Assembly: GCA_905331295.1 (NCBI GenBank)
Contig: CAJNYD010000023.1
Location: 62,001-126,000, forward strand
Direction of reading: 5' to 3'
DNA from: Rotaria socialis
Taxonomy: Eukaryota
DNA: 64,000 nt
Shown: positions 37,850-58,272 of the stretch, piece by piece
Layout: each line of letters opens with the position of its first letter
Numbering within the stretch: position 1 is the stretch's first letter
The notes under the pieces: generated by a model
The model's database searches: none
Told to the model about the DNA's origin: nothing
The model's input: the letters and a program-made list of their open reading frames with translations, nothing else
Position numbers and translations under genes: made by a program

Positions 37850-38903
37850 ATTATAAATGATATTTTTATTATTTAATAAATCGACATGCTGAATATAGAA
37901 AAAAAGAAGAAAAATATTTTTATTTTTTATTATTTTCCTTCATGCATCTCAGACATTCAGATCGACAATGAAATGTGGAGAACTATAAGAAGTTTTTTTT
38001 CTCCGTCTCTCTGTCTCTACCTTTTCTTATTCTTTTTCACAGTTTGAAGCATTTTGAAAATTATCAACTACGAACAGAATCGTATGAAATGCTTCTTTTT
38101 TCTTTATTTCTTTATTTCTTCTTTCTTTATGCACTCTACCGATCGATTGAGTTTTGCTTTTTCTTTTTTTTTGTTGCTTTCATTCTTTTTAAATCATTCA
38201 ATTTTTATTGGTGTAAAAGTGAAGCCATCTGTTCATGTGATAACCATTGTTCAGTATAAATTTATGACATCTATCGTTAAAATAATTTCGAAAAATAGCG
38301 TTCAGAACCTGTTTCTACGTGTAAAAAGGAAGGATATTTATCTTAAATTATAGACTGCAAGTATATAGTTTATTTTGTACTCACATTCAATTGAAATGTT
38401 CGTTATTTCAATACAATGCAGAATTATATGTTATGTGAATTGCGACATTTCAGAGTTACTTATGAAAACTTTCAAAAATAACACTTTTCTAACAAAGACA
38501 AAACACTCTGTTTCAAACTTGCCATTTAAAAGATGAAATCTTCTACAATACTTCAATTCTGTGGAAAATATTTTTTATTTACCTCGAATTCTATAATGAT
38601 CGATACTGGAATATCTATAGAATCTATATCAAATGTTAATCTCTATTTTTCTCGTATCTACGTAGTTTCTTGAAGCTTTCTTAAGCTATTCATATGCGAC
38701 TTGTTTCAAAAGTACAATAAGATTAAAGAATTTACGATTTGAAAAGATGAAGCATAATTACAGATTCTAATTTTTTACTATTTAGATAGGTAGAGGATTC
38801 TTTTCCAGCTATCGGATAGTCGTCATATACTCATCTACTAAAATGAATCAATTTCAAAATGTTTCATCAGTATTTTATTTGATTACAATATTCTCAGTAA
38901 TTA

Positions 38904-39545
38904 CAATAGTGGACAAAATTATAAAAGCAAAAAAGTATTCCTTTTTTTTTCGCACTACGGAGACACTGTAATGTTGACTTGAAAATGCCGATCCAACACA
39001 GTTTTTCGATTGCCAACATTATTATGATTGTGGAAGAACTTTTCTAAGAACTATACTAGAAACACGACACATGTTCCTATAACATGAAAGATTTTACTTT
39101 TTTGAGAAATATCTGTGTACAAAGATAGCAATATTTATATAGCAATTAGCAGGCTATATAGGTGTCAAGATTGACTAGAAATTGTTGATTTTTTATATGT
39201 TAAATCTAAAAATAGTGTTAACTTTGCAATTCAATGGTTTTCAGAAAAGAAAAATCTTTCATCTGATAGGACAATGTGTCGTGTTTTTTCTGTAGTTCTT
39301 AGAAAAAAACCTTCCATCCTCATATCAATTTTGGTAACCGAAGAACTGTGCCAGCTCGGACTTTTCCAGCCATTTTAGTTTGATGCATCGAATGTACTTA
39401 TAGATTCGAGCATAAATTATTTTATGAAACTGTTCAGAAAGATCTTCTCTAACTATCTATATAATTTTCAAGCCAAAACTGTTGCCTTCTTAGTGCGAAA
39501 AACAAAGAAAATACTATTTTCTTCTTATAATTTTGTCCACTACTT
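38904..39545. mobile_element. Tc1/mariner-type foldback MITE
   Basis: tagtggacaaaattataa ... ttataattttgtccacta TIRs, flanked by TA on both sides. Inverted similarity extends through the interior (gaaacacgacacat / atgtgtcgtgtttt). Confidence 0.8.
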
Positions 39546-39770
39546 TATGCTATTTATATAAGCAGTTGAAAAAACTGATCATCATCTGCTACTGATTTCG
39601 AAGCATAAAGTAAGACATTATGAGTTAAACTACATGGGAATTTCATATAATTTCATTATTGAATTGCATCTATAATACAACTAAATGATTGAAATAAAAC
39701 ATAGAACAAAGTTATTTTATTTTGAATACGATATTAGCAACATATATTCTCGTTGTATTCATCTATTTAT

Positions 39771-41173
39771 TTAATCGAACCAGATGAGCGGCAAATCTTT
39801 GCAAGTACTTATGCGTTTAAACGATCCAAATGCTGCTCCCACAGCTCGTAAAGTCTGTTTTCCTGGCTAGAGACCCTTAGTCAAGAAGTAACTAGCACTT
39901 ATCGTTCTTTAACTTACACAATGGGGATGTTCTTCTAATTGCTGGATTCTTGTAGATCTAACTTGCTGTCCATCTAGCTCAATTCTAAGAAGAAACGTTC
40001 CTTCAAGATCTTTTTCATCGCCCTGGACTCGCGTCTTTGCTATAATCATCAGAATACCAGAATGGTCTTATGGAATATCAATTATTGATTCTGCAAGAAC
40101 TGTACCAGATCCGCCAGTCGATGGACAGTCATGCCATGCAACACTATAACCAACTCAGATCCAATCCCACCAATAGTCTCGATTTGATGATGTAGAAGCG
40201 GCACCGTACACTTCCATACCTCCTTGCATTGCAATGAGTGATGTGGCAACTTCAACATAGTACTGAACCGGATCTGAAGCAAAATTCCATGGTAGGGCTG
40301 ATGCATCAAAAGGTACTGTTCTTATTCCCTAGACGAAGTCATGCGTATACAACGGTGCAACAAGTTCTGCTCCACGAAAAATATCATTTACTGTCCACAT
40401 AAAAACATTGTTTCTCAGATGTTGTTCATCAAAATACAGTCTCGTCACATTGCATCTCCCTCTAGACCACCTTGATAGATATAGCCTTGAGCTAACGATA
40501 CAACTGGTTTGGAATGATTAAGACCATTGATTGTGATAATTGGTGTGTGTCTCACTGGAATTCCAGTTTTGATTGAAGTTGTAAATGAAAAGACAGAGCT
40601 ATCTATTTTCAATGATTGCTTTGAATCGAAGCAGCAGGAGTAATAAATATAATCAAATTGCTTCCGGTTCCAACACAATAAGAACCATCGATATATTCAG
40701 CAGCCAAAAGTAAAATGATACGCTCCACCGATGGAAATTTCTTAGAATCCAATCGTATTGTATGAACGCTGAACGGGAATTAAACTTCTGCTCCATTCTA
40801 TGGGACAGTGGCTCGAAATACGAGCACCGTTAATTGCTATAATCATATTTCCTTTACAACGTGATTTAGGAAAATATCGTCCATCACTCTGAACGAAGAC
40901 TTTATCATTGGCTTTGAGCGTGAGCTATATGTGCAACAGAGTATTTCCAGGATCACAGTTATCTGAACTGAGTTCAACGTATGCTCTTTGTTATATCCAA
41001 TGCACACTGAACACCATAAGCAAAACGACTTCTACCACTATCCATATTATTTTTAACATTTGACAAATGTATAGTCTAAGAAAAACAAGTACAAAATAAT
41101 GAAATACAAAAGTGCCATCGATTGAAATAAAAAGAAATGAAAAACTTTTCAAAAGAAACTTTTTCCAATACAT
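39771..41173 (-). pseudogene. pseudogene of a secreted, beta-rich, bacterial-like protein ending DLPLIWFD
   Basis: About 1.3 kb of continuous coding-like sequence without introns, with many stops and several frameshifts: VFVQSDGRYFP, GDAM*, WTVNDIFRGAELVAPLYTH, FDASALPW, AKTRVQGD, IELDGQQV, VS*RTISASY, KDLPLIWFD*. Hydrophobic putative first exon MYWKKFLLKSFSFLFISID. Confidence 0.75.
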
Positions 41174-42355
41174 GATCACTAAAATATATTGTAACTAAAA
41201 GCATTTTATTATGGTTTAACATGAAATCAACGCTTGATACAGACTTAACGAGCTTCGTTAGACATCAGTTTCATGTTACCACAAGTCACGTGTTTTCACC
41301 ATACGGAGCTTCGAATATGATTTCATCGAAGATCCAAAGTTTTGGAAATATTATTGAGTCTTCGATAAATAGACTTGTTTTCATGAGACACTTTATGGGA
41401 AGTAGAACAAAAAATGCTCAAGTAGATAGAAATCAAAACAGACTTCAATTTTCAGTTTTTAATATAACGAAAAATACGTCACAAGAAAAGTTTTAATTTG
41501 TAAGTTTATTTAATTCCAGTTTTTTCAAACAGTGCGAAAACGTTGAAGGTAACATCTATCGTTCACTATACACTATTTTGTTTTTCAAGAATAAACTCAT
41601 AATAAATATAATTTCATCATGCAAGAGAGCTCGAAGAAAAATGACGAATTATCTATTGATTCAATTAAATCAATCTTGTATCAAATTCTTGCAGAAAATG
41701 GAATACTTTACTTGAACTATCAATTCCATATCATGATCTTAAATCATAGCAAACAAAATATCAAAGAACAATCAAATTGATCGGTGAATTTCGTAAGAGC
41801 AGGATGTTGTAAATAATGTGTCTAGTGTAGATGTATTTTTTCCTAATTTTCTTTATTTGATGTATCTTGAGGATGCGTAGAGATCTTTACCATTGATTGA
41901 TTGATACATTTTGCTAGTTATATTATTGATAGATTTAGAAAAAGACATATTTTTGTAAAAAAAATTGATGATGAATTTAATCGCATTGTAGATTGTGTAG
42001 TAGAGTTTGCTATTTTAAAATCGTTGTAGAAAAGCGTTTGCATTCTTAATTCTATTATGCAAAGGTAGTGTGAAGATATTTGAGTTTCAAAATATACGTG
42101 CACAGGAATACTGAGATTTATCTAATAAAATAACTTCATTAAATATATAAGAGATAATTAGTAAAAATCGAAAGAGTGTTTTAACAAAAACATATTTAGA
42201 CATAATGCTGTTACAATAAAAAAATTAAATATTAATGTAATAAAATATGTTTTGCTATTCTAAATTGTATAAAACAATGCATAAAATAGTTAATTTTTAG
42301 ACAGGTGTATAAAATAATTTATCTAGAATTTGGATATTTTTTACGATGCCATTTT

Positions 42356-44810
42356 TTATTTACTAGTATCATGTAAATGATCTTGAAGAATCCCGATTGG
42401 AATGTATCTAGGAACTAAACGTTGAATTAATATTTTTTTTTCAGTATTAGTTAAAAATGCTGAACGTGCTGCATTAAAAACACATTGAGCTAATTGTGCC
42501 GGTGATAATTTTAAATCAGCTAATGCATGTTCATATTCATGTTCAATAGTTATTTGAGATACAGACGGATCATCACATGATAATGAGAAATTTAAAGCGT
42601 CACGAGCAAAATGATGTATTGGATGCCAGATTTCCTTTTTTGATCTTATATGCGAATGTAATCTTGTTTTTGTTTCTTGACCATTCAAAACGAAATTTTT
42701 TTCTCGTTTTTCGCTATCTTCGGGAATATATTTGGCAATGGCATTTGTCTGAATCGATGATGTTAAACAGCATTCAATATGAATATCATTACGACGAATG
42801 TAATCATATATCAATGGATCATCAACGATAGTATAACCATGACCAATGCGCTCAGCATGACATAGTTCAATTGCTTGACGAACTGATTCAACTGAACCGG
42901 TTTCACCAGCATGTATTGTACGATGTATACCAAGTTCGACTGCACGTTTAAAAGCTGGAATATGTGGATGAATGGGATAATTATGTTCATCCCCAGCAAG
43001 ATCGATACCAACAACACCTGCTGAACGATATTGATCTGCTAATTTGACAATTTCCATCGACCTGAGAAAAAGAGCAAAACATTCTATATGATTTGTTTTT
43101 GATGAATCCTTGAAATAAATGAATGTTTTTGCAAAATAATTGGACGGTCTGTCGCATGCTTATTGCTTTGTTCTATTCGATTACATTGATCTGTTTGTCT
43201 ATCAAATTTATGCTAGATACAATCAAACTTGTCTTCGTCTTTCCTGGAGTAAAAAGAAGATTTAAAAAATTTGCAAAAATATCGATCAGAACTCTAAATG
43301 ATTTCCTTTATAAAACGATAGATGAGATTAAGTTTTCAGGTTGATTTTGAAAACTGGTCAAAGACAATAGCTTTAAACATAAAATGTGCATTATTAGAAA
43401 TAAACCAGTCATGTCAATTCGGTTGATCTAATAGAATTATGTTAGGTGATTACACAAAAATAATTTTCAATACTTCAATCTTATTTATTAATCATCAAAA
43501 ATTTAAAAGAAATAGAAACAGAGAAAAAGAAATTTAATACAAATCAGTAACTTATTTTCATTGATTGTGCATAAATTTGGTTGTATCTACATTATCGATT
43601 AAACATCCCACACAATCTATTTTGATATTCAATCACGAAAATATATTGAAGTTTGCTTCAAAATACTGGTATGTATAGTGGTTGAGATTCATCATAATTT
43701 ATTCAAAACTAGTATAAACATATTTTGAGGAAAGACCTATGCTCGATTCAGGTTTTACTGAAAATTTCATTTGATATGCTTCTGTGAGAAGTGTCTGTTT
43801 TTGGTTTCTATGACTAGTCTTTTCATTTTACTCATTTCTATTGATTTTGTTTAAAAAATGTAAATATTTGTACGTGCTAAGGTATGAATTTCATCGTTTT
43901 AATACAAAATGTCATGCATTCATCTGTGAGAAAAAGAAAAACGTAACGTGATAAGTTAACAAATTTGTTTAAATGTCATATCTAATTTGATTGATATTTA
44001 CATACCATTCCGGATTTTGTCGTACACAACATAGTATGGTTCGGACATCGACATTATATTCTTTCATGCCACGTCGAAGACCACAATTAATTGCTTCGAT
44101 TACCTATAAAAATCCATCAATTATGCACATTGTTTTCTTTCTAGAAATAAAATTTCTACTTCTTCTGGTTGAAGTTTATCAGCTGTTAAATAATGTGGAC
44201 TATAACGAGTTTCAGTATAGAGTACACCTTGTATAGCTTGATCTTCAACAAATTCGTATGCAACACGTTCGAGAGCCTCAACGTCACCGGCAACAATTGG
44301 TGTAAAAAAAGGAAATTTTTCAAGAAATTCAGCCAGTGATCTACAAACTGCTTCTATACAAACATATCTTAAATTTAAAAAGAGAAAACAGTTTGAATAC
44401 TATCACAAGCATGCTAGAATGTAAATTACGGTAGAAAATTTTCTAGGGTCAATTCCTTGCCATCAACAAGTTTTAATCCTAAAATGGGGTCAATCAATAT
44501 ACATGTATATATATATATATATATATATGACTTCTTCAATCATTTGTTCGTACCTTTCTGTTGAGCTAAATCAAATAATGTCGAATGTCGAAATGAACCA
44601 TCAAGATGGATATGAAGCTAGAAAATAAATACGAAGAAAACTTTTTTTCTCACCTAATTATACACATATTACTTCTACTAATGCTGCTTGATTATGACTA
44701 ACGGAACATCGGCGTTGAGAAGATAAATGCTGAACAATTTTTTCAGTAGAATCAATTAATGTACCAGGAAGTATTTTATTTTCTTCAATGTCCGAAGTTT
44801 GATTTTCCAT
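42356..44810 (-). CDS. ADA: adenosine deaminase, 6 exons
   Basis: VE/LHIHLDGS, ALERVAYEFVED, YTETRYSPH, VVGIDLAGDE, HRTIHAGE, ERIGHG and DDP. Catalytic residues intact. Confidence 0.94.
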
Positions 44811-45372
44811 TTTTTAATACGTAAAAACTAACAACAGAAAACAAATGTATAGCAGAAAGAAAAAGATTTCTTCTGCTTCAATCTCATGATTTAATGTAAA
44901 CAATAATAATGTAGGAGTGATAGAAGTCTTAGATTTTGACATGTTGTTATTGCAAAGTTAGATGACGCTAAGGACCAGTCGAGTTTCTCTAAATATTTTA
45001 ATTCTGATGCTATATTTATTATTGACATATGCAAATCATTGTACTCGTATGACGACAATTAAAATCGAATATTTTGTTATGTAGAAATTCTATTCGGCAT
45101 AGATGGAGCTAGTTGTTTAAAATTTCGTCAGTCCGAAAAATGATAGCTACGACAAAATTCCAAATGAATAAATAATCAAATTAAGATTTTCTATGATTCA
45201 AATTGATAGATATTTTCCTATTTAAAACAATCTCATGACTCATATTAAGTAAAAAGAACGATCGCTATTATTGACACATCTGAGAGATGGAAAAAATGAT
45301 TTTCTTCTTTTTCCTATTCTTACTTTTATCATTCTAGAAAATGAGCCATTTTCTACGAATTTCAATTTTGAG
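44811..45372. promoter_or_regulatory. probable bidirectional promoter between ADA and USP7-like gene
   Basis: Head-to-head start codons only ~560 bp apart. Two similar motifs, tagatgacgcta (~44959) and tagatggagcta (~45100). Confidence 0.4.
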
Positions 45373-52385
<7,013 letters not shown>

Positions 52386-52835
52386 TCGTGTGTAATCTTG
52401 TTTTTATTCTCTGGGCAGGTTTTTCTTTTATTTTGTATTAATCGACCAAAAATTTGTTTCTACATACCTGTCATTCTTTCTCTAAGCAAACTAATCAGTT
52501 CATTAGTTCTATTTTGTGGTAACTACTTATGTAAAAAGTATAGGCGAGTGTAATACAAAAATTCGGAGAAGAACATGATTATGTGCCGACATGACTGCCA
52601 TATATATATATATATATTTTTTTTTGTCTGTTTAATTCAATTATTTTGACAATTTTAGGACTCTTTTGTCTGAATTGTAAGGTGTTTTCATTATTTTTTT
52701 GTATTTTCTTGTTTTTCTTAATATGTATGTATGATGCCATTATATTTTCGTTGTTTATATAGACAAAATGAGAAAACAGTAATCCTGACAACAGAAAATA
52801 AGAATAAAACGTATGTGAAAGACGTTTATCAATCA

Positions 52836-54345
52836 TTATACTGGAGACATATTTTGATTGTGTCGAGACCATGGCTTGTTTGTGTCCAATATATGAGCCA
52901 TGGATAATAAAGCATCTGCTTGATTGCCGTATGGTTCGGTACTGTCCGATGCAGATTGTGAATTCGAATTTTTATTTGTTTCATTACCGTCATGCTGATG
53001 AATATCGTCATCGTCATCAGATCCTTCTCCTGGACCAAGTAAAAAATGTACATGATTTTTACTTGATACTCGCTTAAGGAATGGTTCAGTTTCATCCGAA
53101 CTAGTAGCACCGTCACTCGTCGGCGGTGATAGCTGATTAATAGTATTAAATTGTACTGATGGCGACCGTTTTTTATTTTTTCCTTCATCAGTCTTTATTT
53201 CATGCTGACTGTTTTGAATATTAAACTGTGCTGATGGTAACCGTCGTTTAAGTTTTCCTTCTTCATCAGTCTTTGTTTCATGCTGACTGTTTTGAGTATT
53301 TGTCGTGTGCTGATTGTGTTGCTGTTCAGCTACTACATCCAATGAAGAAAATGATTGTCGTACAAGACTAACCGATGAAAGTGTACTACGAATACTATGT
53401 GCTGTTGTTGTTAAATGTTGAGAAATATACTCAGTTATACGACGTTTTCGCATTGAATAGACACTTTGTAAAACAACAAGTAAACCTATGATAATTGAAT
53501 ACTGTGTTCCAATAAATACAAGACCATGCTTTGCATCTGCTTTTAAATGAGCAAATTTTGCGTAATCATTTATAATATCTTGGCAAAGAAGTAAATCTGG
53601 AAATTTCATCGAGACATTGTTTTTATAATAATATATGCAAACACTATATTTTTCATGATGATTTAATGAAGTTAATCGCAATGAATTTGCAAAATGTGGA
53701 TATGGTCTTGATGTTGTATTTCTTGAATTTAATTTTTCCATTTTAAGTACAATTTCTCGGTTTTGATTGTGTGGACGAATAATAAAAAGAAAATATTCTA
53801 ATGAATATAGTGATTTAAGAGAGCTTGAAGGCATTGTAGTCATTGTCGCTAATAAATTGGTTTTACTTTTCTTGGATTCAGTACGTATATTATTATCCAT
53901 TAATGATTTTGGAAGAGAATATAGATCAAATTTGACACGAATAGTGTCTTTATCAATAAAATTCCAATCGATTTCATAATGTGGTCCTTGATGAGTTTCT
54001 GGTATAAGAACAACAGAAGATTCGTTAACTGTTTCTAACAAATCATTAACGAATACTTCATTTTTAATTTCTTCAGCTATCGCATCACTGCTAGTTATGT
54101 CTTGTGATGATATTATCAAATTTTGTTCGTTTTGATTTATCGACAAATTTTTCTTGATAATCTGTCAAAAATCAATAGGTTATTATTCATAAATTTTCCT
54201 CTTCTCTTACTTTTGTATTATAAATATTATTATTACTATTTAATACCTTTGACGGTAGTGTTGTTGTTGTCGCTATAGTATTTAGAGAAATTGTTTTACT
54301 TGTTGACAAAAGTAATACAATTAAAAATTGTTTTATGAGCAACAT
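52836..54345 (-). CDS. uncharacterised type I membrane protein, 2 exons
   Basis: Signal-peptide exon MLLIKQFLIVLLLLSTSKTIS spliced to the 436-aa ORF. Beta-rich ectodomain (LTSLNHHEKYSVCIY, FN3-like), TM helix GLVFIGTQYSIIIGLLVVLQSVY followed by RKRR. Confidence 0.8.
53147..53297 (-). repeat. in-frame tandem duplication of ~25 codons
   Basis: QNSQHETKTDEEGKLKRRLPSAQFNI followed by QNSQHEIKTDEGKNKKRSPSVQFNT. Confidence 0.85.
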
Positions 54346-57232
54346 TTGAGACAGTTTTAAGTAGATTTTTGATTTGTTGGATTTAATATTTCATGCATTT
54401 TTGTGGCAATAACCTAATAAGAGAGAAAAACATTCAAGACAAAGAAGAAGAAGAAGAAAAACTGAACACATGTATTATGAAAAGAGGCAACGAATGCTTG
54501 GTGAATACAACACGCAGAACACAGTGTACTGATGAGAGTCGCTTTGTCCTTTCTCTTCCAACCAATAGCTGAATGATTCCGAGTGATATACGTCGTCAAT
54601 TCTTTAAAGGGGTTGTTTCAGACGTAGTGAGGAAAAAGAGGTCGAGAACTCGAAGAAGAGAAAAAAAGCAAAGTATACAAAAAAGAAACGAGAGAAAAGA
54701 AGCAGAAATAATAAGAACGTATAATAGAAGAAAGCGAGTAGAAGCAAAAAGAAAAACTAATGCTAGTGTGCATGCATACGTGTATGGCATAGACGTCTTC
54801 TTATAGTACTAGAGTACAAATTTGGAGGAATTATAACTGGGACTATATCTAGCAATAGTATGAAGATCATATTGATATCAATAGGTCATTCTATGATGAC
54901 TGATTGATGGGCTTCGGTCGGCATCTAGTCTTCTACTTTATGCTATCAGAAGAAAGAAAATGATGCTTTTTAATATCTCATTTTGTTTTTCCTCCTTCTG
55001 TATTCGTTTCGTACGCCTTCAAAAGAAAGTGTCCTAATGCATATTTGAAGCGACAGCTTGACAATTATAGAAGCATATGTATTCGATTTGCACGCAACTG
55101 TGCATTTACTTTTAGTCGTATTTGCTTAATTTCATTTTTTTTTCTTGTTTATATAAGAAAAAAAAAATAAATTAAAACATGATAAACATATACTTTTGAT
55201 AAGAACCTACTATACTTGAATACCAACGTGTCTATTGAAGATTTGAAACATCATGTATCTATGCATTCTGAATTTATCAGTTTTTTATATTTTCATATAT
55301 AAACACATGTAGATGTTAGACACGAAGCATTTTTGTTCATTGCGATTTATACAGAGAAAATAAAGGCCTCTGAGAACAGTAAGAAATTCTGTTGATTTTA
55401 CATTATTTAAGGCTCAGGTTTGCTTGAAGCAAACAAAACTCAGCAATCTTATTCAAACGAAAGCAGTTATTCAAACAGTTGTACCTTCATTTCGAAAATT
55501 AAATCCAAATACGTAGTTGAATCAATTATCTCGTAGATATTTGAAAAATGAAACCATTTTTGTACACATTAGCATGATTAATCAATCCATATGAAATTAA
55601 ATTCTATTGAGATTTGATCCGAAAATAAATTAAATAAATAACAAGCATAAAAAAGCCTGTCAATCAAATGTTAATCGAATCCAGCAGCAACAATTCGAAG
55701 AGGAATGAAAATATCGATCACAAAATAGATGATACTTCTTCAGTGCGATGTGAATGTGATTGATAAACAATCCGATATTTATTGTATCTATTTTGATAAT
55801 CCTTAGCAATATTTCTGAAACAGTGTTATTATTCATCATTGTCAATGGTTAATGCAAAATTTATTCTCGTTTAATAATGTCAAACAGTACCAATGTCACG
55901 CAGTATGTGATTAAAAATAAATAGGTTTATAGAGTATATAGATTGCGCGTGAATAATCTTGCCTTTGATCTTCATTAAAATCGATTAGAGAACTATGTAT
56001 CGTTTTTTTTTCTATTCCTAGAAGAAAACTGGAATTTCAAAATGACAGTTAGACTGGTTGCATGTCTTCTCTTTTGACAAAGAGAAATATGGTACTACTG
56101 CAGGTGGATATTTATCCTCTATCTTCATTAGAATTGCATTTTTATCAATTATTCGATAGAAATAGTTTGTCTGTTGATTTTCAATGGAAAATTTTATTAA
56201 TTTAATTTTGATATACTTATTAAACGAAATATACAGACGTTGTCATTTAAATAACTGGCATGGAGGGATTTTATTTTTTTGAAAAAAAAACGAAGTACAT
56301 GAAAATAATGCAGAAAAATCTATAGACAAGTAGATAAGGAACTTTTTATGATTTGTAGTGCACATCGATCGTTGTTTCACGTTGGAAACAAGAATAAAAT
56401 AAAATTTTCTGATCTTTAATGCTTTGTACATTTTATTTAAGAAATAATGATATGTAATATTTTATGCAAATTCATGGAAGAACTAATAAGATAAAAAGAT
56501 GGCAAAACTAAGTTTTAAGTTAGTATAAAAGATACTGCAGAAAAAATACTTTTGTTCATTCATGTATCTTGAATTGATCGTTACTCAATTCAGCACAATT
56601 ATTTTTATCAATTGAAGTCCTCTATCTTTTAGGATAAGCCAAGTACTCTATTATGTGCGTTCATTACAATCATTCGACAAAATAATTCCAAAAGTCTTTC
56701 TGACGCTAACTTGTATTTTTAATTAAATATAGAATATGACTATACTTTGCGAATAGCATTGTTCTACATCTATATCCAAAGCACTGACTTGCTGATTAAT
56801 TTTGAAGAGTCATGAACAAAGTCATTCATGTAACGTCAAGAAGTCATGTTGCCCTAGTTTTTATGCAAAAATTTATCACGACATGGATAGAGTTAGAAAA
56901 CTCATTTAGAAAAAATGTTGTCCAATACATCTGCAATATCGTTGTATTATTTAAAACAGCAGTCAATACAATTCCTATGGGATTAAAATATGAAACACGA
57001 TCATAGTTGCTCGTCCTAATCAAATATAGACTTCTGTATTGGAGTAAGCATTTATTATGCGATGCACTTCTTTACCGTATTTTTACTTTCTTCTGTAAAA
57101 AAATACAATCGGAACATATTTCATCCATTGCAACAAGATGTTATGGATATAGCTCCTATTTTTGATGATATATCTACAACATCTGGCGCCATTTACGACA
57201 GAGAGAAAGAGATAGTATTAAAACGTCAGTTA

Positions 57233-57475
57233 CACAATGTAAGAAAAAGGGTTTATGAAAGTGCGAAGTGACAAATACCCTTTTTTCCGTTTTTAAAATA
57301 TTGGATAAACCATTTTTCCAAATCATAAACGTAAAAACCGCTTATTATCTTCGTCATATACGGAAAAAAAGGGTTTATGATACATTGCACTTTCATAAAC
57401 CCTTTTATTTTTGTTAAATACTCCCATCAAAACCTTTTTTTTTCGTTTATTATTCTGCGGATTTTTTTTGCAGTG
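57233..57475. mobile_element. CAC..GTG foldback MITE, left arm partly deleted
   Basis: aaaagggtttatgaaagtgc (57246) vs gcactttcataaaccctttt (57387). Ends ttttttttgcagtg followed by TA. Confidence 0.55.
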
Positions 57476-58272
57476 TAGTCAATGATGAGGTTCCGGAGTG
57501 TCAATCATAGCTTGTTAGAGAAGTGAATTCAAATTTGAACTTATTTACTGCAACAATCATACTAGATCATATTTCACATAAATGGTATCATATCATTTCG
57601 ATTCTATGACCTTACAGTCATAGTCAATCAATTAGCAATGATAAGAATCGTTATTTTCTAGCATATATTGCATAATTAACAGTTTGTATCGTCATAAACA
57701 ACAACTGACTGTTGAATAACCCCGCCAATAGATTGTGTAGAAAACTAAACGAATAGCTGGCTTAGTTCTCAATTTTTTAAAATTCACACATGATAATTTT
57801 TCTATGTAAAAAAGAGTCAGTTTTTATTTGTACAATAGATGATCAATTTCAATATTATTTTATTGAAAATCTATCACAGAAGTTTTCGTTCGTGTACCAA
57901 CTTCAAACTGATCAGCATTCTAACAAATTGCACATGCCTGCTTTCAAGAAGATTTTAACAAAGATACTTCAATCATGCATTCGATCTTGAAAATTATTAT
58001 TATTCGCTGTATTTTATAATGATCATTGCTACATTGCAAAATCTGATTGCATTTTTCAATAAAATTGCACGTGTTCTTCGGCATAGAGAAAACAATGAGA
58101 ACAATATTTAAAAAAACAACAACAACAACAATACAGTAGCATCTAGTGTTTTTTTTAATTAAAACTAAGGATAAACCTTTGAAAAATCATCAAATGGAAT
58201 TTATTCGTAAAAAAAAGTCTTCAAAATAAAAATCAATCAATTAAATCAGTGACTACGATTAAATGCAACAAA

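Noticed and set aside
55600..55850. Possible pseudogene fragment on the minus strand
   Set aside because: Too short and degraded to assign.
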